A stretch of 64,000 bases of DNA from an uncultured virus (IMG/VR IMGVR_UViG_3300021092_000028) (Duplodnaviria; Heunggongvirae; Uroviricota; Caudoviricetes). This document shows positions 28,042 through 37,956 of the stretch, in pieces. How positions within the stretch are numbered: position 1 is the stretch's first letter; each line of letters starts with the position of its first letter. Location: IMG/VR virus record IMGVR_UViG_3300021092_000028. One strand, written 5' to 3'. Below the pieces are notes generated by a model that saw only the letters and a program-made list of their open reading frames with translations, did no database searches and was not told the origin of the DNA. Position numbers and translations under genes: made by a program.

Positions 28042-29430
28042 TTATCCTAATAACCAAGCGCCCCAAGATGATTCACGCCAATATCCAACTGCGGTTCCAT
28101 TATGCAGACCACCCTTTGGTCTTAATGTATCACCAGCAGCAAGGTCCATAACACCAGAACAAGACATCGCCATATAATTACTCCAAGCTTCATTAGTACC
28201 ATTAATTTGGTGAATAAACACTGTATTAGTATCATTTTTTGATATAAAAATTCTAATGTAACTATTTTGAACAAAGTTTGCAGTTTCCCATCTCATATTA
28301 AAAAATGTATAGTATTTTCCAGCAACTGGTGCTGTGAAGATGCCTGTTCCAGTGTTGTAATGATTTCCTGTGTTAAATCCACCTGTTTGAGAAGTTATAT
28401 TGAATAAAGTTCCAAGCATAGCAGTATCACCAGTTGCTGGTTGGTTAGCAGCACCAGCATTATCACTAGAAGCGAAAAAACCAGGTTGATAAGGCATCGT
28501 CACCCTACCAGAACTATCAATGATTATTCTATTATCACCATTATTATATAAAGTCATTGGAGTTGCTTCTGTATTTTGAATAGAGAAAACACCTCCCATA
28601 GTTTTTATAACACGACCTTTATAGTCTTGACCTGGATGAGTAAAGTCGATGTATGAACTGGCACTACTGTTGCGACAGCAAATGTCTAAAGCAAAATCAT
28701 TTGTCCCACCTTCACCAATATGAACTCCTGGTTGCGTTGGATAATTGTTTCTTGAACCTGCAACGTGGAGAGAAGAACTTGGATTTGTGGTTCCTATGCC
28801 CAGATTACCATCGGCAGTCAAACTCATTCTTAAATGAGCACTGCTAAGATTAGAAGTATTAGAACCACTATCACCAGCATAAAAATCTAATCTTTGTCCA
28901 ACACCAAATATATTAGCATTTCCAAATCCAACAGAATATCTTGGATTTGTTGCATCTGGAAAAACTAAACACGGAGTTGTATAGGATGTAGTACGGATGT
29001 GAAGTTTTGCCAGTGGATTATCGGTGCCTATGCCGACATTACCACTTGAATCTATACGGGCTCTTTCATTACCTGCTGCCCTAAAAGCAATAAAACCAGA
29101 AGCATTAGAACCATTTAATGTAAGTCCTGATGATGAAGTTTGTTCTACAGCAGTTGCACTTATTCTTAGTCCATCCGAACCATCTTGAATGTGTAATTTC
29201 TGTGCCGGTACTGTGGTTCCTATACCAATACTACCACTCACATAAGCACCACCAGTTACCTGTAATCTCTGACTTGCAGTACCTGTAGAAGTAGCAGAAC
29301 CAACGATTAAACTCGTGTCACCTAAACTTAAACTTGTGATGCCAGAAATAACCAGTCCTTCATCAGCAAAGGTGACTGTTCCGAGTCCACTTCTGTTCTT
29401 GATATTGTTTACTCTAAGTTCAGATGCCAT
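28042..29430 (-). CDS. tail fibre tip protein with C-terminal C1q/TNF-like domain
   Basis: QPGFFA...NTGNHYNTGTGIFTAPVAGKYYTFF...LAAGD...WGAWLLG. Confidence 0.82.
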   Translation of the reverse strand: MASELRVNNIKNRSGLGTVTFADEGLVISGITSLSLGDTSLIVGSATSTGTASQRLQVTGGAYVSGSIGIGTTVPAQKLHIQDGSDGLRISATAVEQTSSSGLTLNGSNASGFIAFRAAGNERARIDSSGNVGIGTDNPLAKLHIRTTSYTTPCLVFPDATNPRYSVGFGNANIFGVGQRLDFYAGDSGSNTSNLSSAHLRMSLTADGNLGIGTTNPSSSLHVAGSRNNYPTQPGVHIGEGGTNDFALDICCRNSSASSYIDFTHPGQDYKGRVIKTMGGVFSIQNTEATPMTLYNNGDNRIIIDSSGRVTMPYQPGFFASSDNAGAANQPATGDTAMLGTLFNITSQTGGFNTGNHYNTGTGIFTAPVAGKYYTFFNMRWETANFVQNSYIRIFISKNDTNTVFIHQINGTNEAWSNYMAMSCSGVMDLAAGDTLRPKGGLHNGTAVGYWRESSWGAWLLG

Positions 29431-29481
29431 TATAGTTTTTTAGGTATTTATGAAACAGTATTAGATGCTGCTTCTTGATTT
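29425..29481. repeat. 57-bp exact direct repeat, copy B
   Basis: Identical to 27722-27778. Confidence 0.9.
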
Positions 29482-29720
29482 CTTTGTACTGCTGTAGTGA
29501 CTAATCCCTCTTCAAAAGCCGCTAGAACCATATCTGGTTTGTTTGTAACTGTGATAGGAAGATTGTTATCTAGTTTATGCTTAACATAGATATCACAGAT
29601 TTCATCGATAGCAATACGTGCTCTGTTGGTTGCTGCATTATCAATCCATTCTTGTGGAGATGCAGTAACATATTCTAATGCTTTATTTTCTGCTTCGGTT
29701 AAAGTAATAGTATAATCCAT
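29448..29720 (-). CDS. 90-aa partner of C1q-domain fibre (copy 2)
   Basis: Paralogue of 27745. Confidence 0.85.
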   Translation of the reverse strand: MDYTITLTEAENKALEYVTASPQEWIDNAATNRARIAIDEICDIYVKHKLDNNLPITVTNKPDMVLAAFEEGLVTTAVQRNQEAASNTVS

Positions 29721-29740
29721 AAGTCTTTTTTGAGTATTTA

Positions 29741-30985
29741 TTATGATAGAAGAATACCACTAAAGTGGCAGTGTCCCATATAAACTTGCATACCCGAAAA
29801 ACTTTGCCAATCACCAACCGTAACATAGTCATTAGCACTTAATGAGAGTATTGCAGATTGTGACATTGCAGCACCAGAATCCATCTGAAGATTGTTATAA
29901 TTTAACCCATTTACTTTAATAACACATCTACCGGCCACGATGTTAACGAAAACAGACCATGTAATCAAATATCTTCCTGCGATTGGAGCAGTAAATCTAT
30001 AGTTTGTTGTGTTGAAATGATTTCCAATATTCGTTATAGCATCATTGAATGGTAAATCTGCTCCATTTGTAAGCGTATAGTTACTATTTGCTCCTCTTGC
30101 ATAAAAATATGGTTGAGATGCTTTCAAAACTCTACCGGAAGAATCTATTTGCATATACGGAGAACTGGTCCAACCACCATTCACGAAACGAAGTTGAGGA
30201 CCAGATAAACCATTACCTGTTGATACTATACTCCATTCATTACTTACTCCTGCTTGTTTACCTATCAAAGTAACCATAGATGATTGAATAGAACCTGTCG
30301 TGGTTGCCTTTATAATAGCATCATTGGAAGTTGCTATATCTAAAACTACACTCGGATTTGTGGTTCCTATACCAAGATTACCACTTCCAGTAACTCTTAA
30401 TCTTTCATTAGTTAAAACAGCACTATCATTAGAAAAACCATCTCTACCAACATTAATCGCAAAGTATTCAGTTCCCCAAACTCCTGCAAATCCACCAACT
30501 AAATCAACTGCTCTTCTTGGACCTCTATCTGATGGAAAGTTTGCAAATGTTGGATAAAAAGAATAAACACCTATTTCTCCACTTGTTACACCAATACCAG
30601 CTGCTGCAAATTGAGAAGCATTGGAAGATGCTGCATTTGTAGAAAGTCCTGCAATTACTCCAATTGACAGTGGATAAGGTGAATAAGTTGGATTTGAAAT
30701 TGCTCTAATTGCATTTCCACTTGTTACAAAAACATCAAGTTTAGTGGATGGATTTGTGATTCCTATGCCGACATTACCACTAAAGTATCCACCACCAGTA
30801 ACCTGAAGTCTTTGAGATGCAGTACCAGTAGAAGTAGCAGAACCTATAAGAACAGGACCATTAGTAAAAGTACCAATACCTGAGGCATTAATACTCGTAA
30901 CACCTGATAAATCCATTCCACTGATGGACAAACCACCATCAGATGCAGAGATAGTATCAGTTTGTCCGTTTATCTGAATTCCCAT
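29741..30985 (-). CDS. tail fibre tip protein with C-terminal C1q/TNF-like domain
   Basis: QPYFYA...NIGNHFNTTNYRFTAPIAGRYL...LSANDYV...FSGILLS. Confidence 0.82.
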   Translation of the reverse strand: MGIQINGQTDTISASDGGLSISGMDLSGVTSINASGIGTFTNGPVLIGSATSTGTASQRLQVTGGGYFSGNVGIGITNPSTKLDVFVTSGNAIRAISNPTYSPYPLSIGVIAGLSTNAASSNASQFAAAGIGVTSGEIGVYSFYPTFANFPSDRGPRRAVDLVGGFAGVWGTEYFAINVGRDGFSNDSAVLTNERLRVTGSGNLGIGTTNPSVVLDIATSNDAIIKATTTGSIQSSMVTLIGKQAGVSNEWSIVSTGNGLSGPQLRFVNGGWTSSPYMQIDSSGRVLKASQPYFYARGANSNYTLTNGADLPFNDAITNIGNHFNTTNYRFTAPIAGRYLITWSVFVNIVAGRCVIKVNGLNYNNLQMDSGAAMSQSAILSLSANDYVTVGDWQSFSGMQVYMGHCHFSGILLS

Positions 30986-31002
30986 TGTGGTTTTTTAGGT
31001 AT

Positions 31003-31263
31003 TTATGATAACCCAAGAAGATCTTTGAGTTCTTGTACTGTAAGTCCTGATGCCTCTAGTTTCTGTTGAGCAGTTAGAGGTTCTGGTTCGGGAATGGGGT
31101 CTGGTTCATCCGCCGGGAGCGGGCTGTTGCCGTCTTCCAGCCAGCGCAGGTATGCCTGATAGTCGGTGTTGGCAGGGTCGAAGGGGATGACTTTTGTGCC
31201 TTGCTCAGTAATACTCAAAACGTACTGCTGACCAAACCCGTCCCGTGAAAGTTTGTATGTCAT
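31003..31263 (-). CDS. tail fibre assembly-type small protein
   Basis: IPFDPANTDYQAYLRWLEDGNSPLPAD motif; ATGA-coupled to the fibre gene. Confidence 0.75.
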   Translation of the reverse strand: MTYKLSRDGFGQQYVLSITEQGTKVIPFDPANTDYQAYLRWLEDGNSPLPADEPDPIPEPEPLTAQQKLEASGLTVQELKDLLGLS

Positions 31264-32492
31264 AGTTCCGCACTCCAGTCAATCCAAGCGTTTGTTGTGT
31301 TGTTTGCGTTCAGGATAACTGCTTGACCACTTACCATCGTCGCTGTTATGTCGATTGTCATCTGTTTGTAATCAAGTGAATACTGAGACACTGGAGCCAA
31401 CGCTGTGATGTTTCCTGATGATTGTGAAGCGTTCCAGTCCGCCAAGGCTGAGTAACCGCCTACTGGTAACGCTCTCATTGATACAGGAAGTGAAACGATT
31501 GATTGCCCGTTTGTCGTTGAATAGGCTCGACCAACCCCAGCGTTGGCATAACTTGAGCCAGCTTTCAAACGGTAGTAATACCTCTGACACAACGCCAGCT
31601 CCTGCCCAAAGCTGCGCCGCTCAAAAACAGAAGCTACTGGACCTTCTTCTAACTGAACTTGTGTGATATCATACCAAACTGTATCTGCCGATGCGGTATT
31701 ACCTAGATTAGCAAACAGAAAACGAAGGTCAATATTTCCAGCATTTGACGGCACAGTAGCAGTTATACTGTATTTTGTCCAAGTAGTTGGTAAGGCACCA
31801 TTAGCAAGTTGTAAAGTTCCAACACCAGTAATCGGACTTGTTGTAGCAAAAGTCGCATCAACACTAGTTGGAAACCCAAAATATGCACTCCAGTTTCCGT
31901 ATGCGGTGGCGGTGCTACTACTTACTGTTGCCGCACTAAACTTGACCCAGAATGATGCCGTAACAGTTTTTCCACGTAAGTCATACATATTCACGTTTTC
32001 AATTTTTTGCCCCAGAGTAATTCTGGTTCCGCTTGCTGCTTGTGCTGTTGTGCTTGAACTTGCTCTTAAAGCATAACGAGTGACCATTCCAGAATAGGTA
32101 TCAGCAATAGAAACTCTCTGATGGCGAGCTTTTTGGTATTCTGCTGTTCCAGACCAACGATCTGCTAGATAAAAGTTAGTTGACCCATCAAGAAAAGTAA
32201 CAGAAGTTCCTCTTTGCCAAATTTCAAAATCTCCATTTATGATCCGGTTTTTTGATCCAGAAATAGGTCCATCATTAATACTAGTTACATAAGCAGTCGT
32301 AACACCAATAGTACTTACACCAACAATGGATGTTACATTAATACTATTAAAAGTACTAATACCACTGGTGTTATTCAGATTGACATTATTAAATGCTATA
32401 CCCGTTCCATTTACATTATAAAAGTCAATAGCAGTTCCAAGAGCCGTTAGACTTGTGATACCTGCGATACTGTTGGGTCTAATTACTGTCAT
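31260..32492 (-). CDS. tail fibre tip protein with carbohydrate-binding-like jelly-roll (NRIING...CQRYY family)
   Basis: KNRIINGDFEIWQRG...ADRW...VQLEEG...FERRSFGQELALCQRYY...SAEL. Confidence 0.82.
   Translation of the reverse strand: MTVIRPNSIAGITSLTALGTAIDFYNVNGTGIAFNNVNLNNTSGISTFNSINVTSIVGVSTIGVTTAYVTSINDGPISGSKNRIINGDFEIWQRGTSVTFLDGSTNFYLADRWSGTAEYQKARHQRVSIADTYSGMVTRYALRASSSTTAQAASGTRITLGQKIENVNMYDLRGKTVTASFWVKFSAATVSSSTATAYGNWSAYFGFPTSVDATFATTSPITGVGTLQLANGALPTTWTKYSITATVPSNAGNIDLRFLFANLGNTASADTVWYDITQVQLEEGPVASVFERRSFGQELALCQRYYYRLKAGSSYANAGVGRAYSTTNGQSIVSLPVSMRALPVGGYSALADWNASQSSGNITALAPVSQYSLDYKQMTIDITATMVSGQAVILNANNTTNAWIDWSAEL
32269..32327. repeat. 59-bp exact direct repeat, copy A (copy B 40362-40420)
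   Basis: ccatcattaatactagttacataagcagtcgtaacaccaatagtacttacaccaacaat at both sites. Confidence 0.9.
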
Positions 32493-32504
32493 TGTTCTTT
32501 CTCC

Positions 32505-32939
32505 TTATACGACAACATAATTACCATCAACAGTCAAAGTCCCTTCGATTGTTACTGGACCTGCCATTATGCCGTTAAAGTTCGTACCAATATAATGATT
32601 TCCTGAAAGAACATTATCAACAACAATCATTCCATTTGAAACATAAAGTCCCTTAAATGAATTGCCAGCACCTGTTAAGTTTGAATTATCTAGATTTGTA
32701 GTATTAACACCAACTGATTTACTTGTTGCAATACCAGCAGTATATGATGTCCAAGTTCCGCCAGCACCAGAAGAAAAAACAACTCCGTTTTGTGTTAAGT
32801 TTCCGGAAAAGTTGACATTACCTACAATATCTAACTTATAACCAGGAACAGTCGTACCAATTCCAACACGGTCATTGGCAATATCTACAAAGATATTATT
32901 ATCAGAAACTAAATTCGAAGTCTGGCGGGTCTTTCCCAT
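32505..32939 (-). CDS. short fibre adaptor-like protein
   Basis: Ends NGIMAGPVTIEGTLTVDGNYVVV; paralogous C-terminus to 40550. Confidence 0.7.
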   Translation of the reverse strand: MGKTRQTSNLVSDNNIFVDIANDRVGIGTTVPGYKLDIVGNVNFSGNLTQNGVVFSSGAGGTWTSYTAGIATSKSVGVNTTNLDNSNLTGAGNSFKGLYVSNGMIVVDNVLSGNHYIGTNFNGIMAGPVTIEGTLTVDGNYVVV

Positions 32940-32961
32940 TGGATATTATAGTTTTAGGTAT

Positions 32962-33405
32962 TTAGGTTCCTACAGGTCTCTCAAATGGAGTTCCTTCCTG
33001 AACAATTCCATCACCATCACCATCTCGTGCATTTGGATTATAACCTTCTGGTAGCATCCAAGACGTGGTATCTTCATCCCAATAATAGTAATCACCTTCT
33101 GGTTTAGGAGTTGGTGCTTCCCATTGACCAGTAGTTTCATTCAAAATCCAAGAAGGATATGGACTAGGACCTATAAACATATCAAGGTCTTCGTTGTAAG
33201 TATCACCTTGTCCAGCATACTTACCCCTAAAGTTTCCGCGATATGAGGTTCTTACCCATCTACGGTCTGCACCGTGGTGAGTATGAAGATGGTTTACACC
33301 AAGTTCTTCTACTTCATTACCATTCTCATCGGTGATAATCTCATTGTCCATATAGACAACATAGATTACCTCATTATTTTCATTAAGTTCTGCGTAGTGT
33401 GCCAT
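32962..33405 (-). CDS. partner protein of glycine-rich adhesin (MAxFA family, copy 2) with a DxDxDG tail
   Basis: MAHYAELNENN...WVRTSY...; C-terminal RDGDGDGIVQEGTP. Confidence 0.8.
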   Translation of the reverse strand: MAHYAELNENNEVIYVVYMDNEIITDENGNEVEELGVNHLHTHHGADRRWVRTSYRGNFRGKYAGQGDTYNEDLDMFIGPSPYPSWILNETTGQWEAPTPKPEGDYYYWDEDTTSWMLPEGYNPNARDGDGDGIVQEGTPFERPVGT

Positions 33406-33426
33406 AAGATTTTTTATGATTATTTA

Positions 33427-33513
33427 TTAAACGTATGGATATCTGATTGCAACGATACCGAAACCACCTTTGCCTACGACTGTAGTGGAATTTGTATATG
33501 ATTTTATACCCAT
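33427..33513 (-). pseudogene. internally deleted remnant of a glycine-rich adhesin gene (28-aa mini-ORF)
   Basis: Manual translation MGIKSYTNSTTVVGKGGFGIVAIRYPYV*; the C-terminus matches the family end motif GGSGIVxxRY. Confidence 0.7.
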
Positions 33514-33517
33514 TTTT

Positions 33518-34819
33518 TTATACCAAATATCTAAAAATAACAATTCCACTTTGTCCAGACGATCCACTAGATGGTTGTGATGCAGATCCAGATCCACCAT
33601 TTCCTACAGTTGCTGGTAAAACTGGCCATGGATTGTATGGTCCAGGTGCCCTTCCCCCCGCTGTCGGATTATTTGGTGCAGCACCATTACCACCTGCATA
33701 AGTTGCAGATGTTGATGCTATTGGATTTGCAAAATTACTGCCACCATATTGAGTCTGGTTTCCAGACCCTCCTCCCTGAGTTCCATTTGACACACTTATT
33801 CCACCCCCACAACCTCCCCATCCTCCTCCATCTCCGGGAAAGTTTAATCCCGAAGTACCAGTTGAACTATCTGCTCTATAAACATTTCCTGCAGCACCAC
33901 CACCTCTAGATGGAGTTTCATTGGCGTTACCTTCATTTGATCCACCACCACCCGCACCACCACCGCCAGCAACATAATATGTTGATCCAGCATAAACTCC
34001 GGACCAACCTCCTCCACCACCACCGCCACCAGAAGTACCACCAGGTCCTGCATTTCCACCAGTTCCACCACCATTTGATCCCGCAGTACCTCCACCAGTA
34101 TTAGCAACGGCACTTAAACCACCACCGCCGCCTCCACCGACTGCTGCGGTAAAGGAACCAGAACTTAGAGTAAATGTTGCTAAAGATGCACCACCACCTC
34201 CTCCACCACCTCCAGGAGGAACATCCCATCCCCCACCTCCACCTCCTCCTCCAATAGAAAGGATTTCAACTGATTTAGAGCCCACAACAGTAAAAGTTCC
34301 GGGTGTAGTAAAAACGTGATAGATGTATCCATCACCAGGAGTTGATGGATTTCCACCAGATGCGGTAAATGATAAAGAGGTATCTCCAATAGTAACTGTA
34401 GAACTCGTAGCAACAATAGTTCCACTTGTACTATCAATTCTAACTTGTAACTGAAATGATTCTGAACCTTCGGTTGTTAAGTCATTTGCTAATGTTAATG
34501 CAACTGAACCAGTTCCGCCAGTAACATTAAAAGAACCACTAGTAGCACCTCCGCTAAAATCAGAGGCGTTAATAGTTCCCGAAACAGTATTCAGTGTCCA
34601 ATATAACGTAGTGCCATCATCGACATAATTAGTTGTTATTGTAAATGTAACTGTTGAACCTTCGTTTACTGAAGATGTTGAAGGTGATACTGAGTATGTT
34701 CTATATGTTAATGGTATTGCACCTCCACCACGAAAAAAAGTATTTCTAAAATAACTCAGTAAGTGTCCGTCACTTCGGTTATTAAATCCCTTATTATTAT
34801 TCGAACTTCTTGAACCCAT
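33518..34819 (-). CDS. glycine-rich adhesin with an Ig/Calx-beta-like insert
   Basis: SVNEGSTVTFT...NDLTTEGSESF domain, then PGDGYIYHVFT, polyglycine, GQSGIVIFRY. Confidence 0.78.
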   Translation of the reverse strand: MGSRSSNNNKGFNNRSDGHLLSYFRNTFFRGGGAIPLTYRTYSVSPSTSSVNEGSTVTFTITTNYVDDGTTLYWTLNTVSGTINASDFSGGATSGSFNVTGGTGSVALTLANDLTTEGSESFQLQVRIDSTSGTIVATSSTVTIGDTSLSFTASGGNPSTPGDGYIYHVFTTPGTFTVVGSKSVEILSIGGGGGGGGWDVPPGGGGGGGGASLATFTLSSGSFTAAVGGGGGGGLSAVANTGGGTAGSNGGGTGGNAGPGGTSGGGGGGGGWSGVYAGSTYYVAGGGGAGGGGSNEGNANETPSRGGGAAGNVYRADSSTGTSGLNFPGDGGGWGGCGGGISVSNGTQGGGSGNQTQYGGSNFANPIASTSATYAGGNGAAPNNPTAGGRAPGPYNPWPVLPATVGNGGSGSASQPSSGSSGQSGIVIFRYLV

Positions 34820-34831
34820 TGTTTTTCAACC

Positions 34832-35239
34832 TCAAATATCAGTATCGCCAATGATTTGATAATTTACAATGCTGCCAATACCAGTTCCACCTGATGTTGG
34901 TGCTGTAATTTCAACAACAATCTTATCAGAACCAGTTAAAACCAATGGATAATTGGTCTCAAAGAAGAATGTTTCATTAGAAGCAAGGTCTACTCTTGCC
35001 AATCTATATGCAGTGACAGCCAAACCAGTTACTGGAGTTGATGTACCTGTAGGATAAATGTAGAGAGAAGAAGTGGCAGTTCCAAGACCGGTGTTATGCA
35101 TAATAACACTACGGATATAAGTCGTGGATGCAATACCAACTCCACCAGCAGTTGAAGTAACTCCAACAGTAAAAATACCAACAGTGGCAATACCAGTTAC
35201 TGATTGTATATTCAAAAGTTCAGTTCTTTTAAGTGCCAT
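34832..35239 (-). CDS. small beta-rich structural protein preceding a glycine-rich adhesin
   Basis: Positional and pattern counterpart of 45035..45406. Confidence 0.7.
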   Translation of the reverse strand: MALKRTELLNIQSVTGIATVGIFTVGVTSTAGGVGIASTTYIRSVIMHNTGLGTATSSLYIYPTGTSTPVTGLAVTAYRLARVDLASNETFFFETNYPLVLTGSDKIVVEITAPTSGGTGIGSIVNYQIIGDTDI

Positions 35240-35259
35240 CTTATTGCTTTTTAAGTTAT

Positions 35260-36123
35260 TTAGGAAAATAATGCAGCATCGAGTTCATTAAACCCCGTAG
35301 GTATATTTAGATTCGTTAGATTTGCTCCAGAACCACTGAAAGAACTTGCAGTGACTATTCCAGTTACTTTTACATCTCCAGTAACTGTAAGTTTTGATGT
35401 TGGATTTGTGGTTCCAATACCAACATTAGAAAGTGTATGAATACCTACAATAGTATAACTCCATCTATCATCACCAGCAACACCTCTACCCATCGTGTAT
35501 TCAACAATATCAATGATGTCTCCTAGTGATGCTGCTTCAGTTAATACAACGGAAGTTCCACTAGTAGCTGTAAATTCCGTTGGACTTAATCTGACACCAT
35601 TAAGATATACATCGATAAATCCAACAGTATAAGGAGTGGTAAATGTTGTCTGTCCTGCAGTTGCTGTAAATGCTGTTTCATTCTTAGCAGCAACTAATCC
35701 ACCACCTTCATTAAATGGTGCAGAGTCAACCCATACTGCAGTTGAACCAATACCTAAAGTAACCTCATTATAGTAAACAAAGGTTCTTGCATAATCAATA
35801 TGATAGAACAAATCACCATTTGATGGAGATGCAGGAAACTGTGTTCCAATTCCAATTGCACCAGAACTTCCTCCGCCTCCTTCAAAGAAGATGGTTACGA
35901 TACCAACATTAGAATCATAAAAAGTTGTAGAAACCCCAGCACCTTTTAGGTCAATAAAAGTAACACCATAACCAACAACACCACCAGTGGTTCCAATACC
36001 AATACCAGATTGTGGTAATCCTGTTAGGTTACTTCCGTCTCCATAAAAGGCAGTAGCAGTTACAACACCAGCAACTGTGATATTAGTATCAACTGATTGT
36101 GATTGTAACTTTGTAAGTGACAT
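35260..36123 (-). CDS. short tail fibre protein
   Basis: FTATAGQTTF...IDVYLNGVRL domain; SNVGIGTTNP. Confidence 0.75.
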   Translation of the reverse strand: MSLTKLQSQSVDTNITVAGVVTATAFYGDGSNLTGLPQSGIGIGTTGGVVGYGVTFIDLKGAGVSTTFYDSNVGIVTIFFEGGGGSSGAIGIGTQFPASPSNGDLFYHIDYARTFVYYNEVTLGIGSTAVWVDSAPFNEGGGLVAAKNETAFTATAGQTTFTTPYTVGFIDVYLNGVRLSPTEFTATSGTSVVLTEAASLGDIIDIVEYTMGRGVAGDDRWSYTIVGIHTLSNVGIGTTNPTSKLTVTGDVKVTGIVTASSFSGSGANLTNLNIPTGFNELDAALFS

Positions 36124-36144
36124 TATATCTTACTTTTTAGGTAT

Positions 36145-37932
36145 TTATCTGACTAACCACTCCTCTACATTTTCATCAATGTCTTGCATCTTAATCCAAC
36201 GATTTCCGATGACTTGACCTTTACGAACTCTAAGTTTTCCAACAAGACCTACAGCATCCCATTCTTGCCTATCTTCTCTTGAAACATATTCTTGGTCCGG
36301 ATCGTATTCTGGATTTAACTTACGATGAGTGAAACGATTACCTTTGTCATCGTGAGTTTTAATTGTTGTCTCAGTAGGAACTGTAATGTCTTCTGGTAAG
36401 TTCCAGTCCTCATAAGAATGCTCTTTACCATCTTCATCAGTCCACTCTACAACATTATGTTCTTCGAAGATATAACGATTGAATGAATCTTTTAAGTATT
36501 TCTCTGCCCACTTATTCCAAGAAGTATCACCAACGACTGATGGATTACCTGAGATTACTCCGATGATATCTTCACCTTCTTCAGCAATCTTAATCTTATT
36601 TCCAACTAAGGATACTGTATAACCTACACGGTCCTCATTGTTGGCGTTTCCATCTGCCCATTCGAACATTTCTGCATAGTCAGCGCCACCGCCGTTCCAA
36701 GAGCCGTCTGCATATGCTTGACCATCACCACGAAGGTTGAACTCCACGTCTCCAAGATTTCCCGACCAACCAACAAAAAACGAATATGCAATATTTGCAG
36801 CACGGTCTACATTTGCTGCTATAACTCTTGTGGCAAGACTTGCATTTGTAGACCTTAACCACATCGTGTTATCGTTTTGAGTTTGATAAAACTCATGAAA
36901 AGCACCTGCTGTATCTTGATAACCTCCAATATTTGATGCTTTGAAATATCCACCATATGTAATTCTTGCTTTCTCTGTTGGCAAGGAGTTTTCATTTGAA
37001 TTAAAAGTGGCACCAAAAATTATATTTGCCCCACTACTAAGATTGTTAATCTCAGGAACTCTTTGGAACCAAATACCGGCAGCATAAGAAGGATTTGCAA
37101 CGTCTCTATAACAATCTGCAAATATTCCCGAATGTACAAAAATAGCATCTGTTTGATTTCTATTCGAAAAAACAATACTTGGTACTGCTGCGACTGTTCC
37201 TGCACTTGAAGATTTATCTAAATTTAGACCTCCCTTTATATTTACGGATGAAATTGAACCAATACCAATATTACCTGAAGAATTAAGAACCATCCTGAAA
37301 TAATTCGTTCCATTATCAAAAAGATAAAAACTATTAGGTGAAATAGTTTCTGCCGAACCTCTTGCACCAACTTCCCAATCACTTCCATTTGTTAGGAATT
37401 TTAAAGTTGTTCGGTCAGTATTTGTAGTAGATTCAAGGGCAAGAATATCTCCAGAACTAACAATATGAGTTTTATATGAAGGATTAGTAACTCCAACACC
37501 CAAACTACCACTCACATAAGCACCACCACCTACTTGAAGTTTTTGATTGGAAGTTCCTGTTGCTGCTGATGTACCTACAAGAGTATTACCACCATAAGCA
37601 TTTAATGTTATATCTTTTTTAACAGTATTTGCTTTATTTGCAGATTCAATTGAAAAAGTATTACCAGAATTGTCTGCATAAAGTGCAAGGTATGCATCTC
37701 CAGCAAGTCCTCCTGTACGAAAAACTCCAAATACATCAAGTGTATATGCTGGATTTGTGGTTCCTATACCAATACTACCACTCACATAAGCACCACCAGT
37801 CACTTGTAATGTCTGACTTGCGGTTCCTGTGGTTGATGCACTTCCAATCAGAACTTCTCCACCAGTTCCTAAATCAATGTTAGAACTTGTACCTGATGGA
37901 TTTTGAAGTTTAATTGTCTTTAAAGTACTCAC
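36145..37932 (-). CDS. tail fibre/spike with C-terminal peptidase G2-type autocleaving chaperone (copy 1)
   Basis: GADYAEMFEW...IIGVISGNPS..GD...KLNPEYDP...EWDAVGLVGKL; GTG start. Confidence 0.82.
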   Translation of the reverse strand: MSTLKTIKLQNPSGTSSNIDLGTGGEVLIGSASTTGTASQTLQVTGGAYVSGSIGIGTTNPAYTLDVFGVFRTGGLAGDAYLALYADNSGNTFSIESANKANTVKKDITLNAYGGNTLVGTSAATGTSNQKLQVGGGAYVSGSLGVGVTNPSYKTHIVSSGDILALESTTNTDRTTLKFLTNGSDWEVGARGSAETISPNSFYLFDNGTNYFRMVLNSSGNIGIGSISSVNIKGGLNLDKSSSAGTVAAVPSIVFSNRNQTDAIFVHSGIFADCYRDVANPSYAAGIWFQRVPEINNLSSGANIIFGATFNSNENSLPTEKARITYGGYFKASNIGGYQDTAGAFHEFYQTQNDNTMWLRSTNASLATRVIAANVDRAANIAYSFFVGWSGNLGDVEFNLRGDGQAYADGSWNGGGADYAEMFEWADGNANNEDRVGYTVSLVGNKIKIAEEGEDIIGVISGNPSVVGDTSWNKWAEKYLKDSFNRYIFEEHNVVEWTDEDGKEHSYEDWNLPEDITVPTETTIKTHDDKGNRFTHRKLNPEYDPDQEYVSREDRQEWDAVGLVGKLRVRKGQVIGNRWIKMQDIDENVEEWLVR

Positions 37933-37956
37933 GATTATCTCTTATTTTTTAGGTAT

